From: a virus
Taxonomy: Duplodnaviria > Caudoviricetes
Virus record (IMG/VR): IMGVR_UViG_3300049926_000039
Span: 5,804 to 69,803 of that record
DNA: 64,000 nucleotides
Direction: 5' to 3' (one strand)
In this document: piece after piece, positions 54,840 through 63,425 of the stretch
Numbering within the stretch: the stretch's first letter is position 1
How the letters are laid out: the number at the start of each line of letters is the position of its first letter
Made by a program: the position numbers and the translations under genes
The notes under the pieces: model-generated
What the model saw: the letters and a program-made list of their open reading frames with translations, nothing else
What the model was told of the DNA's origin: nothing
Databases searched by the model: none

Positions 54840-56000
54840 ATGCCGTTCACCTCACCACCCGGCGCGCTCGCCCGCGCCGTCAAGTACGCCGCACGATGGA
54901 TCGACCCCAAGCCCATCGACGCCGCCCACGGAGGGCTCCTGTTCCAGGTCGCCGGGGGCAAACTCCATGTCACCGGATTCAACGAGAACGCCACCGGCCG
55001 CGCGACCATCGACGTCGAGACCGACGGCGACATGAGCTTCCTGATCTCCGGACGGCTGATCGCCCAACTCGTCGACACGTTCCCCGACAAGCCCGCCACC
55101 TTCACCGACGAGGGAGCGGCCATCGGGCTGAAAGCCGGACGGTGGGAGGGCACCCTACCCGCCATGTCCGTAAGTGATTACCCGCGACTGCCGAGTGAGG
55201 CCACCATCGCGGGGCACGTCAACGGTGACGCGCTGGCCGACGCCGTGGCCCGGGTCGCCGTGGCCGCCGGCAAAGACATCGTGTCCCGGGTCGCCCTCGC
55301 GGGCGTACACGTCGCGTTCGGGGACGGCACCCTGACCCTGACCGCCACCGACTCGTACCGAGCCGTACGGCAGTCGGTGGAGTGGACGCCATACAACGGG
55401 GGACCGGTCGGTGACGCCGCTATCGTGTTCGCTTCGGTCCTGGTCGACGCCGCCGAGGCGTTCACCGGGAAGGTCGACGCCGTGGCCGTCGGGTGGAAGG
55501 CCGGATCATTCAGCCTCACCACCCCCGAACGTTCGCTGGTCACGCGCACCATCGGCGACCCGACCAAGCCGGACGACGAATTCCCCACCTTCGGTCTTGC
55601 CGGGCTGTTCGCCACGACCAGCACCGCCACGGCCATCGTCAGCGCGCGGGACATGGCCATGCCGATCAAGCGGGCCGACCTGATCCGCGACCGCAAGTCC
55701 GAGACGGTCAGCCTCACATTCCGCGAGAACACGGTGTCCGTATCCGCGAGCTCGGAGGCCAGCAGCGGAGGTGAGGACATCGACGCGAAGTACGACGGCG
55801 CGGACTGCACCGTCATGGTCCGGTCCGGGCTACTGCACGCCGCGCTCGCCACCGCACCGGGAGACGAGGTGGTCATGGGGCTCGTGCCCGAGTCGATGGC
55901 CCGCGGCGTGCGACCGAAACCGATCGTTCTCACCTCGGCCGCCGACCCGACGTGGCGCCACATCGTCATGCCCGTACAGGCCCAGGGAAGCCTCAGATGA
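54840..56000 (+). CDS. dnaN: DNA polymerase III beta sliding clamp
   Basis: three-domain pattern, LAGVH...LTATDSYRA, DYPRLP, C-terminal HIVMPV. Confidence 0.85.
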   Translation: MPFTSPPGALARAVKYAARWIDPKPIDAAHGGLLFQVAGGKLHVTGFNENATGRATIDVETDGDMSFLISGRLIAQLVDTFPDKPATFTDEGAAIGLKAGRWEGTLPAMSVSDYPRLPSEATIAGHVNGDALADAVARVAVAAGKDIVSRVALAGVHVAFGDGTLTLTATDSYRAVRQSVEWTPYNGGPVGDAAIVFASVLVDAAEAFTGKVDAVAVGWKAGSFSLTTPERSLVTRTIGDPTKPDDEFPTFGLAGLFATTSTATAIVSARDMAMPIKRADLIRDRKSETVSLTFRENTVSVSASSEASSGGEDIDAKYDGADCTVMVRSGLLHAALATAPGDEVVMGLVPESMARGVRPKPIVLTSAADPTWRHIVMPVQAQGSLR

Positions 56001-56320
56001 CCGACCCGCTCGCTACCGAACGATTCCGCACGATCGCTGCTGACGCCTTCCGATCAGAGTTTGACCGGGTGTACGGCGACGGAAGACAGATGGACGAGGG
56101 CGTCATTTCCGGGGTCCTGGTCGACCACTTCCCGTCCGCTCACTTCGAGTACCGCACGAACCAGCACGGCGTCCACATACGGCGCGTCGTGGCCGAGGGT
56201 GTGTGGGAGGTCGACCCAGACAACGTGCCACCCGGAGACAGCCTCGGCGAGCAGCCGCACGACGGCGTGCACTGCCACAACGACGGACGGCCGCACCTCG
56301 GGCCCTGCGTCGACACGTGA
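55997..56320 (+). CDS. hypothetical protein
   Basis: 107 aa, ATGA coupling. Confidence 0.55.
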   Translation: MTDPLATERFRTIAADAFRSEFDRVYGDGRQMDEGVISGVLVDHFPSAHFEYRTNQHGVHIRRVVAEGVWEVDPDNVPPGDSLGEQPHDGVHCHNDGRPHLGPCVDT

Positions 56321-56442
56321 CCTGACCGATTCTGATCACGCCGCACCGGGCGTTGAGGGTGTCCGGTGCGGCGCCTTGACCATGGGTCCATGGGGATAGA
56401 GAATGGTTAGACACGGAAAAGACGCGGGACATATGGAGAGAT

Positions 56443-56697
56443 ATGGACGTGCAGATAGAGGCCGAGACGCCCGACCCTATGGGCGCTTATCCGCCGTACA
56501 TGTCGCCGGCCCAGGTCGCCGAATGTATCGGCGTAGACGAGAAGCAACTGAGCCAGTGGCGATATCTGAAGATCGGGCCACCGTACGTCAAACTCGTCCC
56601 CGGGCGAAGCGGTACGGTCCGGTACTCACGGGAGGACGTCCGGTCATTCATGGCGGCACGAGTCGTCGACTGTGACCCTCGGGCGGTGACCGGATGA
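56443..56697 (+). CDS. AlpA/excisionase-like HTH protein
   Basis: MSPAQVAECIGVDEKQLSQWRYLKIGPPYVK...VRYSREDV. Confidence 0.8.
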   Translation: MDVQIEAETPDPMGAYPPYMSPAQVAECIGVDEKQLSQWRYLKIGPPYVKLVPGRSGTVRYSREDVRSFMAARVVDCDPRAVTG

Positions 56698-57473
56698 CCT
56701 GGTTCAAGGTCGACGACGGGTGGCACAAGCACCGCAAGCGCATCCGTGCGGGGCTCGATATGGAGGGCATGGCGGCTCAAGGACTGTGGGCGGCAGCGGG
56801 CTCGTGGGCGTCCGACGAACACACCGACGGATGGGTGCCGGCCGAGGTTGTCGACTATCTTTCCCCCAAGATCGGCCGAAAACTTGCCGCGCGTTTGGTA
56901 AAAGCTGCGCTGTGGTCCGCAGAAAATCGCAACGGTGAAGAAGGTTGGCAGTTCCATGCATGGGTGGACCGCAACCCCACCAGCGAAGAAGAAGCTGCCC
57001 GGTCGGCGAAGAAGTCCAGCGGTGGCGCATTGGGCAATCACCGCAGGTGGCACGTGGGGCGAAGGGTTGACCCGAGGTGCCTCTACTGCTCGGATACCGT
57101 ATCGGTATACCGATCGGATACCCGATCGGAAGACCAATCAGAGAACCGATTGGAAGTCCAATCGGCCGACCGAAACGGGGGGCGAACCGTTACGCATCCC
57201 CCGACCCGTCCCGACCCGTCCCGTCCCGAACCCTTAAGTTCAAAGTCAAAATCAAGTACTAAAACCGGGGGGGTTGATCTAGGTTCTCCACTTACTAAGA
57301 ATAATCCACCCAATGTCGACGAATCGGACTTACCGTACGCTCAGCGGCACCGCAAACGGTGGTGCGACGAACACGGCTCACCGGACGACAGGCACTGCGT
57401 GGCCTGCCTGCAAGAGCACGGCGACATCGGCTATTGGTCGAAGCGTTCACTGTCGTCCAGGGGTGAGAAGTGA
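56694..57473 (+). CDS. phage replication initiator (lambda O-like)
   Basis: MTWFKVDD...GLW...SW...TDGWVP N-terminus; PTRPDPSRP linker; precedes DnaB. Confidence 0.8.
   Translation: MTWFKVDDGWHKHRKRIRAGLDMEGMAAQGLWAAAGSWASDEHTDGWVPAEVVDYLSPKIGRKLAARLVKAALWSAENRNGEEGWQFHAWVDRNPTSEEEAARSAKKSSGGALGNHRRWHVGRRVDPRCLYCSDTVSVYRSDTRSEDQSENRLEVQSADRNGGRTVTHPPTRPDPSRPEPLSSKSKSSTKTGGVDLGSPLTKNNPPNVDESDLPYAQRHRKRWCDEHGSPDDRHCVACLQEHGDIGYWSKRSLSSRGEK
57093..57265. repeat. candidate replication origin: 12-bp iteron-like repeats, CCCGT repeats, AT-rich tract
   Basis: 12-nt periodic CC(G/A)AT(C/T)(G/A) units 57105-57164; AT-rich 57233-57263. Confidence 0.6.
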
Positions 57474-58849
57474 CCACGGCCGAGGTGGAGTCTGACCAGG
57501 ATTGGTCCGCGCCGGCCCACGACAACCTCGCGGAGTGTTGCGCCCTCGGCGCGATGATGATGTCCCCCGCCATCGCGGACACGGTCGGGGAGATCCTGAC
57601 TGCGGCGGACTTCTACAAGCCGATGCACGGGGCGATCTTCGCTGCCATCGGGCGCCTAGCTGCCACCGGTAGGCCGATCGACGGAGCCACGGTCGCCGCA
57701 GAGCTGGCCGACTCCGGAGACCTCGTGCGGATCGGCGGGGTGCCGTACCTGCACACGCTGATCGAGTCCGTGCCTACGCCCGCCAACGGTCCGTACTACG
57801 CGCTGAAGGTCGCGGACGCATCCCGGCGCCGCAGGATCGTCGAGGCAGGGCTACGGATCGTGCAGCTAGGCCGCAGTGAGAGTGCGGTGGGCGAAGTCGC
57901 CGAACAGGCTCAGGAGGCGATCCACGCGGCGACCACGGACCCGCGGGACCGGACGGTCATCACGAGCATCGGCGACCTCGCCGAACCGACGCTGAGGCAC
58001 ATCGAGGACGTCGCCGACGGGAAGATCCCGCCCGGTATCCCGACCGGGTTCAAGGATTACGACAGGCTCACCGGCGGGCACCGTCCCGGCCAGCTCATCA
58101 TTCCGGCGGGCCGTACGTCGATGGGCAAATCGGTGTGGACTCAGAACGTGGTGGCCCACTGCGCGCAGCACGTCGTCCGCCCGGTCATCCTGTTCTCGAA
58201 TGAGATGCCCGAGTTAGACATGATGATGCGGTTCTACAGCGAGGTGGCCCGCGTCCCGCTACACAAGATCCTGCACGGGACGATCGACGGAGAGGACCGG
58301 GCGAAACTGCGGGACGCGCGGGACCTAGTGCTGACGTGGCCGCTGTACGTGGTCGATACTTGCCGGACGATCCCGTCGATCCGGGCCTACCTGCGGCGGT
58401 TCACTCAGAAACACGGCGATCTGGCCCTGTTCGCCGTGGACTACCTCCAGATGATCTCACCGGTGGCCACCGGTGGCCGGCGGCCGGACCGGCACGTCGA
58501 GGTGGGGTCTTTCGCCCGGGACCTGAAGGTCATGGCGGTGGACCTGCAAGCGGTGTGCGTTGCTCCGTGCCAGCTCAACCGGGGCACGGAGACACGCGGC
58601 GGCAAGAACGCAAACGTCCCGCGACTGTCCGATCTGCGAGAGTCCGGCGACCTCGAGCAGACCGCCGACAATGTGATCCTGCTGTATCGCCCGTCGTACT
58701 ACGACAAGCAATCGCCGCGCACCGGTGAGGCGGATTTCATCATCGCAAAGCACCGGCACGGGGCCACGGACACGGTCACCGTCGCCGAGCAGCTGCACCT
58801 GATGCGCTTCGTGGACATGGCGATTGTGGAGCCCCGATCATGGGAGTGA
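57470..58849 (+). CDS. dnaB: DnaB replicative helicase
   Basis: DFYKPMHGAIF, AGRTSMGKS, VDYLQM, CQLNR, PRLSDLRESGDLEQTAD, IAKHRHG. Confidence 0.93.
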   Translation: MTTAEVESDQDWSAPAHDNLAECCALGAMMMSPAIADTVGEILTAADFYKPMHGAIFAAIGRLAATGRPIDGATVAAELADSGDLVRIGGVPYLHTLIESVPTPANGPYYALKVADASRRRRIVEAGLRIVQLGRSESAVGEVAEQAQEAIHAATTDPRDRTVITSIGDLAEPTLRHIEDVADGKIPPGIPTGFKDYDRLTGGHRPGQLIIPAGRTSMGKSVWTQNVVAHCAQHVVRPVILFSNEMPELDMMMRFYSEVARVPLHKILHGTIDGEDRAKLRDARDLVLTWPLYVVDTCRTIPSIRAYLRRFTQKHGDLALFAVDYLQMISPVATGGRRPDRHVEVGSFARDLKVMAVDLQAVCVAPCQLNRGTETRGGKNANVPRLSDLRESGDLEQTADNVILLYRPSYYDKQSPRTGEADFIIAKHRHGATDTVTVAEQLHLMRFVDMAIVEPRSWE

Positions 58850-58955
58850 CTTGCGCTCTTGCCCCCACCCGTTAGGATCTTCGCCGGAAGATCGGATGTG
58901 CGACACGCGATGATCCAAGTCGCGCAAGTCGCGCAAGTGACGCTAGGATGCCCCC

Positions 58956-59375
58956 ATGACGTCGAGCTCGCTGATTCCTCCCTCTGATCCCCCCGTGACC
59001 CCCACGGCGGAGGGCGGTCCTCCGTTCGGCGGGCTCGACGCCCCCAAACCGGCGTGGCATCTGGCCAACTGCTACCGCGACGAGATGGGCCAGCCGTTCC
59101 TTGACCCGGACGAGCGCGACGCGTGGGCAGTAGCTCACGCCGAGGCCACGGGCCATGTCGTACACCTGACCGTCGAGTCTCCGACCGGGGACATGGGCGT
59201 GGTGGCGGATCTGCATCTGGCCGTGGCGATCCGCTGTTTCCCGGGATCGGTATGGCGCTGGTGCTGCCCGGCGGAGTCGTGCCGAGGAAGGGATGGCGCC
59301 CCGAAGTGGAACGGGCCGTTCCCGACCGGCCAGGTCGCGCTGGCGTCGTGGCGTGGTCACGGGGCCCGCTGGTGA
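58956..59375 (+). CDS. hypothetical protein
   Basis: 139 aa; TAGGAT-N6-ATG leaderless promoter. Confidence 0.6.
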   Translation: MTSSSLIPPSDPPVTPTAEGGPPFGGLDAPKPAWHLANCYRDEMGQPFLDPDERDAWAVAHAEATGHVVHLTVESPTGDMGVVADLHLAVAIRCFPGSVWRWCCPAESCRGRDGAPKWNGPFPTGQVALASWRGHGARW

Positions 59376-59659
59376 CCTCCCCGTTGCCCGTCCACCCGCC
59401 GTCGCCGGACCTTCAGGCAGGCGTGGCGATCGACCTGTCGGACCCGTCCAACCCCCTCGTGGTGTTCCGGCTGATCTGTGGCCCGGTGGAGTCGACGTTC
59501 CGCATCCTGGCCGCCAACGCGGTCGACTTCGGCCCGAAGGTAGGCGAGGCCCTGCGGAGCGCGGGCATGCAGGCGCTCGCCCAGTCCGGTTCCGCGCTGC
59601 TGAAGCCGGTCCCCGGTCTGATCGTCCCCGGCCACCTGAACGGCCAGCGGCCCCAGTGA
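59372..59659 (+). CDS. hypothetical protein
   Basis: 95 aa, GTGA coupling. Confidence 0.55.
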   Translation: MTSPLPVHPPSPDLQAGVAIDLSDPSNPLVVFRLICGPVESTFRILAANAVDFGPKVGEALRSAGMQALAQSGSALLKPVPGLIVPGHLNGQRPQ

Positions 59660-59826
59660 CCGTCCGCGTAGCGCTGGCCGCCCTCGTGGTCATGGGAGCG
59701 GCAGCACTGGCCGCATTGGGCGCCATGGGGGTTTGGGTCGCCCTCGACCACGCGTCGCATCCTTGCTAGCCAGCGCTATCCGTGCTGTGATCTCTGCGAG
59801 GTAGCGCAACCGACGAAGGGCACGCC

Positions 59827-60201
59827 ATGGCTCTGTACACACCCGCCGGCCTGACGGTTGCTCGACTTTCATACGGTGCCCTGACGATCGGCGATGTCGA
59901 GACCCCCGTGATCACCCCGGCGGGTGGTGGCGATTTCGTCCAGATGCTCGGCGATTACCTGATGATCGTGTTCGCCACCACGGGTACCGCGTCAACGATC
60001 ACGTACGACTCGGTTCAGCCCTCCGACCAGGGGCAGGACACCAACGTCACGACAGTGATGGCCGCGACCGAGCGGCGCCGGGTGACGTTCAAGTGCGATA
60101 ACCGGTTCAAGCAGACCGTGACCAACGTCGGGTACCTCGGCTTGACGTACACGTCGGTGGCCGCGCTGACGTTCACGGTGTTCTACCTGGTCGCGAACTG
60201 A
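59827..60201 (+). CDS. putative virion structural protein
   Basis: 124 aa Thr/Val-rich beta protein. Confidence 0.55.
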   Translation: MALYTPAGLTVARLSYGALTIGDVETPVITPAGGGDFVQMLGDYLMIVFATTGTASTITYDSVQPSDQGQDTNVTTVMAATERRRVTFKCDNRFKQTVTNVGYLGLTYTSVAALTFTVFYLVAN

Positions 60202-60240
60202 CGTCCGGCGGCCGACGTCTCTCGGCTGGCTGAACGGATT

Positions 60241-60272
60241 CGACCCGCGCGCACCCCTTGCCGCGCGGGTCG
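60241..60272 (+). terminator. 11-bp GC hairpin, terminator-like
   Basis: CGACCCGCGCG...CGCGCGGGTCG. Confidence 0.45.
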
Positions 60273-60323
60273 TTCGCTGCCTGCCGTAGCGCTTCCCGTG
60301 CTCACCGTGCGACGATTCCGCGT

Positions 60324-60626
60324 GTGATCACCGATCCGCTCTGTTGGGAGTGCCCGCGCTGCCAGACGGCCGGGCAGACCTCACCAGCGGATGCGCGGAC
60401 GCCGATGCACAACTGTCCGGGCCTGGCGTTGATGTCGATCCCGATGATTCCGGCGGGTTCCCGTGCCGATGTGCGGCTGGTCGAGCGTGACGATTACGTC
60501 GCCGGCGAGGACGTGCGTACCGACGCCGAAGGGCGCCCGTGGATGCGCGCCGAGGTGGAGCGCGAGAGCGGGCAGGTCGATGTATGGGTGTACGCCCCCA
60601 CGGCGCACACGGGCTACCGGGCGTAG
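60324..60626 (+). CDS. hypothetical protein (CPRC...HNC)
   Basis: 100 aa. Confidence 0.6.
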   Translation: MITDPLCWECPRCQTAGQTSPADARTPMHNCPGLALMSIPMIPAGSRADVRLVERDDYVAGEDVRTDAEGRPWMRAEVERESGQVDVWVYAPTAHTGYRA

Positions 60627-60637
60627 TCCCAGAGGGG

Positions 60638-60865
60638 ATGGGTGGCATGGCGACATCCGGACACGGATACGAGGCGTACGACGCGGGGGTTGATACGGCC
60701 CGTTCGGATTCTCAACAGGCGTACCTGGACGCGATCGCCGAGCAGACGGCCGCCGCAGTGAAGAAGATCCGGGGTCAGATCAAGGGGCTCGAGCGGTCCC
60801 TGAAGACGGCCGAGGCCGAGGCCGAGCAGGCGCGTAAGGCCGCGCGCAAGGGTGGGGATTCCTGA
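60638..60865 (+). CDS. small coiled-coil protein
   Basis: 75 aa, TGATG coupling. Confidence 0.55.
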   Translation: MGGMATSGHGYEAYDAGVDTARSDSQQAYLDAIAEQTAAAVKKIRGQIKGLERSLKTAEAEAEQARKAARKGGDS

Positions 60866-61359
60866 TGGCGTGGACTACGAACAGCCCGAACAGCCGGGTC
60901 TTCGTGGCGTGGATCGATCAGGTCATGCAGGTGTCGGGGACGGGTTACACCGGGATCGACTCGGACACGATCAACGGGGCCCTGTTCAACAACACGACGA
61001 CCCCGGACGCCACGGTGGCGGTGGCGTCGACCGGGTTCAACACCGGAGTCTGGGTCACCGCGAATGAGGTCACGGACGTCACGAACTGGGTCTCGGGCGG
61101 CCGGGCGCTGGCGTCGAAGACGTTCACCTTCCCGGGTGCCGCTGCGATCTGGATGTTCGACGCGGCGGACCTCGCCGGCGGCGGCAACGTGACGATCACG
61201 AGCGCGTGGGGCATCCTGCACTACGACAACACGATCACTGCGGGCACGGTAGCAAAACAGGGTATCTGTTACAATTACTTCGGCGGGGCGCAGAGCGTAA
61301 CAGCCGGAACTTTCACGGTGATCTACAACGTGGCGGGCATCATGCGAGGGACGGTCTGA
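60865..61359 (+). CDS. putative tail-fibre-associated structural protein
   Basis: DTINGALF...NEVT...SGGRAL...FDAAD...GTFTV pattern. Confidence 0.65.
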   Translation: MAWTTNSPNSRVFVAWIDQVMQVSGTGYTGIDSDTINGALFNNTTTPDATVAVASTGFNTGVWVTANEVTDVTNWVSGGRALASKTFTFPGAAAIWMFDAADLAGGGNVTITSAWGILHYDNTITAGTVAKQGICYNYFGGAQSVTAGTFTVIYNVAGIMRGTV

Positions 61360-61401
61360 TCAGGGGAAACGCCAACAACAACGGTGTGCTACAGTGCGTA
61401 T

Positions 61402-62181
61402 ATGACGCCTGAATGCCGCATCGACGGCTGCTCTGGACTGCCGATAGCCCGAGGTCTGTGCAGTAACGATTACCAGCGAGCAAAGCACGCCGGGACGCTG
61501 GATGAGGTTGCCCCCAAGGTTCACGGCCCGTGTCAGCGCTGCGGTGGAGTCATCCCTACCGAGCGCAGGTTTGGTGCAAAGTACTGCTCAGTTGCCTGCA
61601 AGGACGCAGACATGGATGCTCGGAAACACGAGGTCGTCATGGCGCGGCAGGCGACCAGGCGGATTTCGTGCGCCTGGTGTGATGCGGAGATCGTCCAGGT
61701 ACGCAGTGACCAGAGGTTTTGTTCTGCGAAGTGCGCCGATACGTGGCACAACGAGAGGACCCGCGTGCGGACGCTACGGGCGAAAAAGGCTGTCCCGCGA
61801 TTCTGCGAGGAGTGCGGCGGGCAGATCTCGGCGAACCGATCGATGCAGGCGATCTACTGTTCGCCGGAGTGCACGACCCTTGCGCAGGCGACGACGACGC
61901 CGAAGAAGTCCCGCGTTACCGGCGACTACAACCGTGAGTACCTGTACGGGTTGACCCCTGAGCAGTACGCGGTGATGCTTGCAGACCAAGAGGACCGGTG
62001 CGCGATCTGCCGCGTCGACCTCCCTGGCGGAAAGGGCGGTTGGCACGTGGACCACGATCACGGGACCGGCCGCATTCGCGGTCTGCTCTGCCACCGGTGC
62101 AATCTCGGCCTCGGCAACTTCCAAGATGACGCGAACCGACTTCAGGCCGCGTACGACTACCTCATGCGCGGGACGGTCTGA
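61402..62181 (+). CDS. endonuclease VII-family (HNH) homing endonuclease
   Basis: QEDRCAIC...HVDHDHGTGRIRGLLCHRCNLGLG; TGCTACAGT-N6-ATG leaderless promoter at 61387. Confidence 0.88.
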   Translation: MTPECRIDGCSGLPIARGLCSNDYQRAKHAGTLDEVAPKVHGPCQRCGGVIPTERRFGAKYCSVACKDADMDARKHEVVMARQATRRISCAWCDAEIVQVRSDQRFCSAKCADTWHNERTRVRTLRAKKAVPRFCEECGGQISANRSMQAIYCSPECTTLAQATTTPKKSRVTGDYNREYLYGLTPEQYAVMLADQEDRCAICRVDLPGGKGGWHVDHDHGTGRIRGLLCHRCNLGLGNFQDDANRLQAAYDYLMRGTV

Positions 62182-62183
62182 TC

Positions 62184-63116
62184 ATGATCCGTAAACTGCT
62201 CGCCACCGCTGTTGCGTCGGTGCTGCTCGGTACCGTCGCCCTCGCCTCGCCCGCCGCTGCGTCGAACCCGTCCGGGCTTCCGTGGCGCTCCGGTGCCTAC
62301 ACCTACGACTTCACGGCGTTCGGGACGTGGCGCGGCCATACCGTGGACACGAACCTGCAGTACTCGGATCGCGGATCATGGGGTGGCATCGAATACCCGT
62401 GGATGCTGGATTTCCCGCCAGCTCCGGGAGAGCTGGTCATCGCTCAGCCGTTCTGGCCGCAGAGGTCCGGCGGGACCCTGTCCAAGTGCGCGTCGGGTAG
62501 TTACGACACGCATTGGCGCCGGTACGGCACGAATCTGGTCGCGGCGGGGTTGCCGTCGATGTTGACCGAGCTGGCGTGGGAGATGAACGGCAATTGGTGG
62601 GAGTGGTCGGCAACCAACACGACCAGCTACATCAACTGCTGGCGCAAGGTCGTCAACGCGGTCCACGTGACGGCCCCGAACGCCCGGTTCCTGTGGACCA
62701 TCAACGCGCACACGCCTGGGGTCGGCGGGAACCCGATGAACGCCTACCCGGGCGACGCGTACGTGACGGAACTGGGTATCGACGCCTACGACCACTACCC
62801 GAAGTCGACCACGGACGCGCAGTTCACGGCGCAGGCCACCGCCGTCGCGGGGATCACCTGGCTGAAGGATCAGGCGGTCGCGCACGGCAAGAAGTGGTCG
62901 GTTCCGGAGTGGGGTGTCTCCAACCCGGTAAGCCCCGACTACGGTGGCGATAACGCGTTCTTCGTGTCGAAGATGCAGGACACGTTCCGGGCGAACCTGG
63001 CGACGATCGACTTCGAGTCGTACTTCGACGCTGAGGACTCGGAGATCTTCGATACGTCCTCGGGCTGGTCGAACCCGAATGCGGCATCGGCGTACATCGC
63101 CGGTCTGCACCCTTGA
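62184..63116 (+). CDS. secreted glycoside hydrolase family 26
   Basis: signal peptide AAA-S; LAWEMNGNWW (acid/base Glu), YPGDAYV..LGID.YD, VPEWG (nucleophile Glu). Confidence 0.85.
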   Translation: MIRKLLATAVASVLLGTVALASPAAASNPSGLPWRSGAYTYDFTAFGTWRGHTVDTNLQYSDRGSWGGIEYPWMLDFPPAPGELVIAQPFWPQRSGGTLSKCASGSYDTHWRRYGTNLVAAGLPSMLTELAWEMNGNWWEWSATNTTSYINCWRKVVNAVHVTAPNARFLWTINAHTPGVGGNPMNAYPGDAYVTELGIDAYDHYPKSTTDAQFTAQATAVAGITWLKDQAVAHGKKWSVPEWGVSNPVSPDYGGDNAFFVSKMQDTFRANLATIDFESYFDAEDSEIFDTSSGWSNPNAASAYIAGLHP

Positions 63117-63125
63117 GGCCGGGCC

Positions 63126-63425
63126 GTGTCGGACCCGGTCGCTGACACCCCGTTCTACTTCGCCAGGGGTCTGTGCCTCGACGGGGTGACGCAGTGGCGG
63201 GCCGGGTTCATCGTGCTGGCGGACAAGACCATCAATCAGATCCTGGTCGACAACCCGTGCGGGCGGGTGTTCCTGAACCTGCACTTCCAGGCGAACGGGG
63301 TCACCCGTCACATAGGCGTCCCGAAGAACAGCCGGATCGTGTTCGACCGGGCGCAGATCGAGCAGGCGTTCGGCGGGCCGGTCCACTGGGACGACCCGGG
63401 GGTCCGCTACGGGGTGACGTCGTAG
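63126..63425 (+). CDS. hypothetical protein
   Basis: 99 aa. Confidence 0.55.
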   Translation: MSDPVADTPFYFARGLCLDGVTQWRAGFIVLADKTINQILVDNPCGRVFLNLHFQANGVTRHIGVPKNSRIVFDRAQIEQAFGGPVHWDDPGVRYGVTS

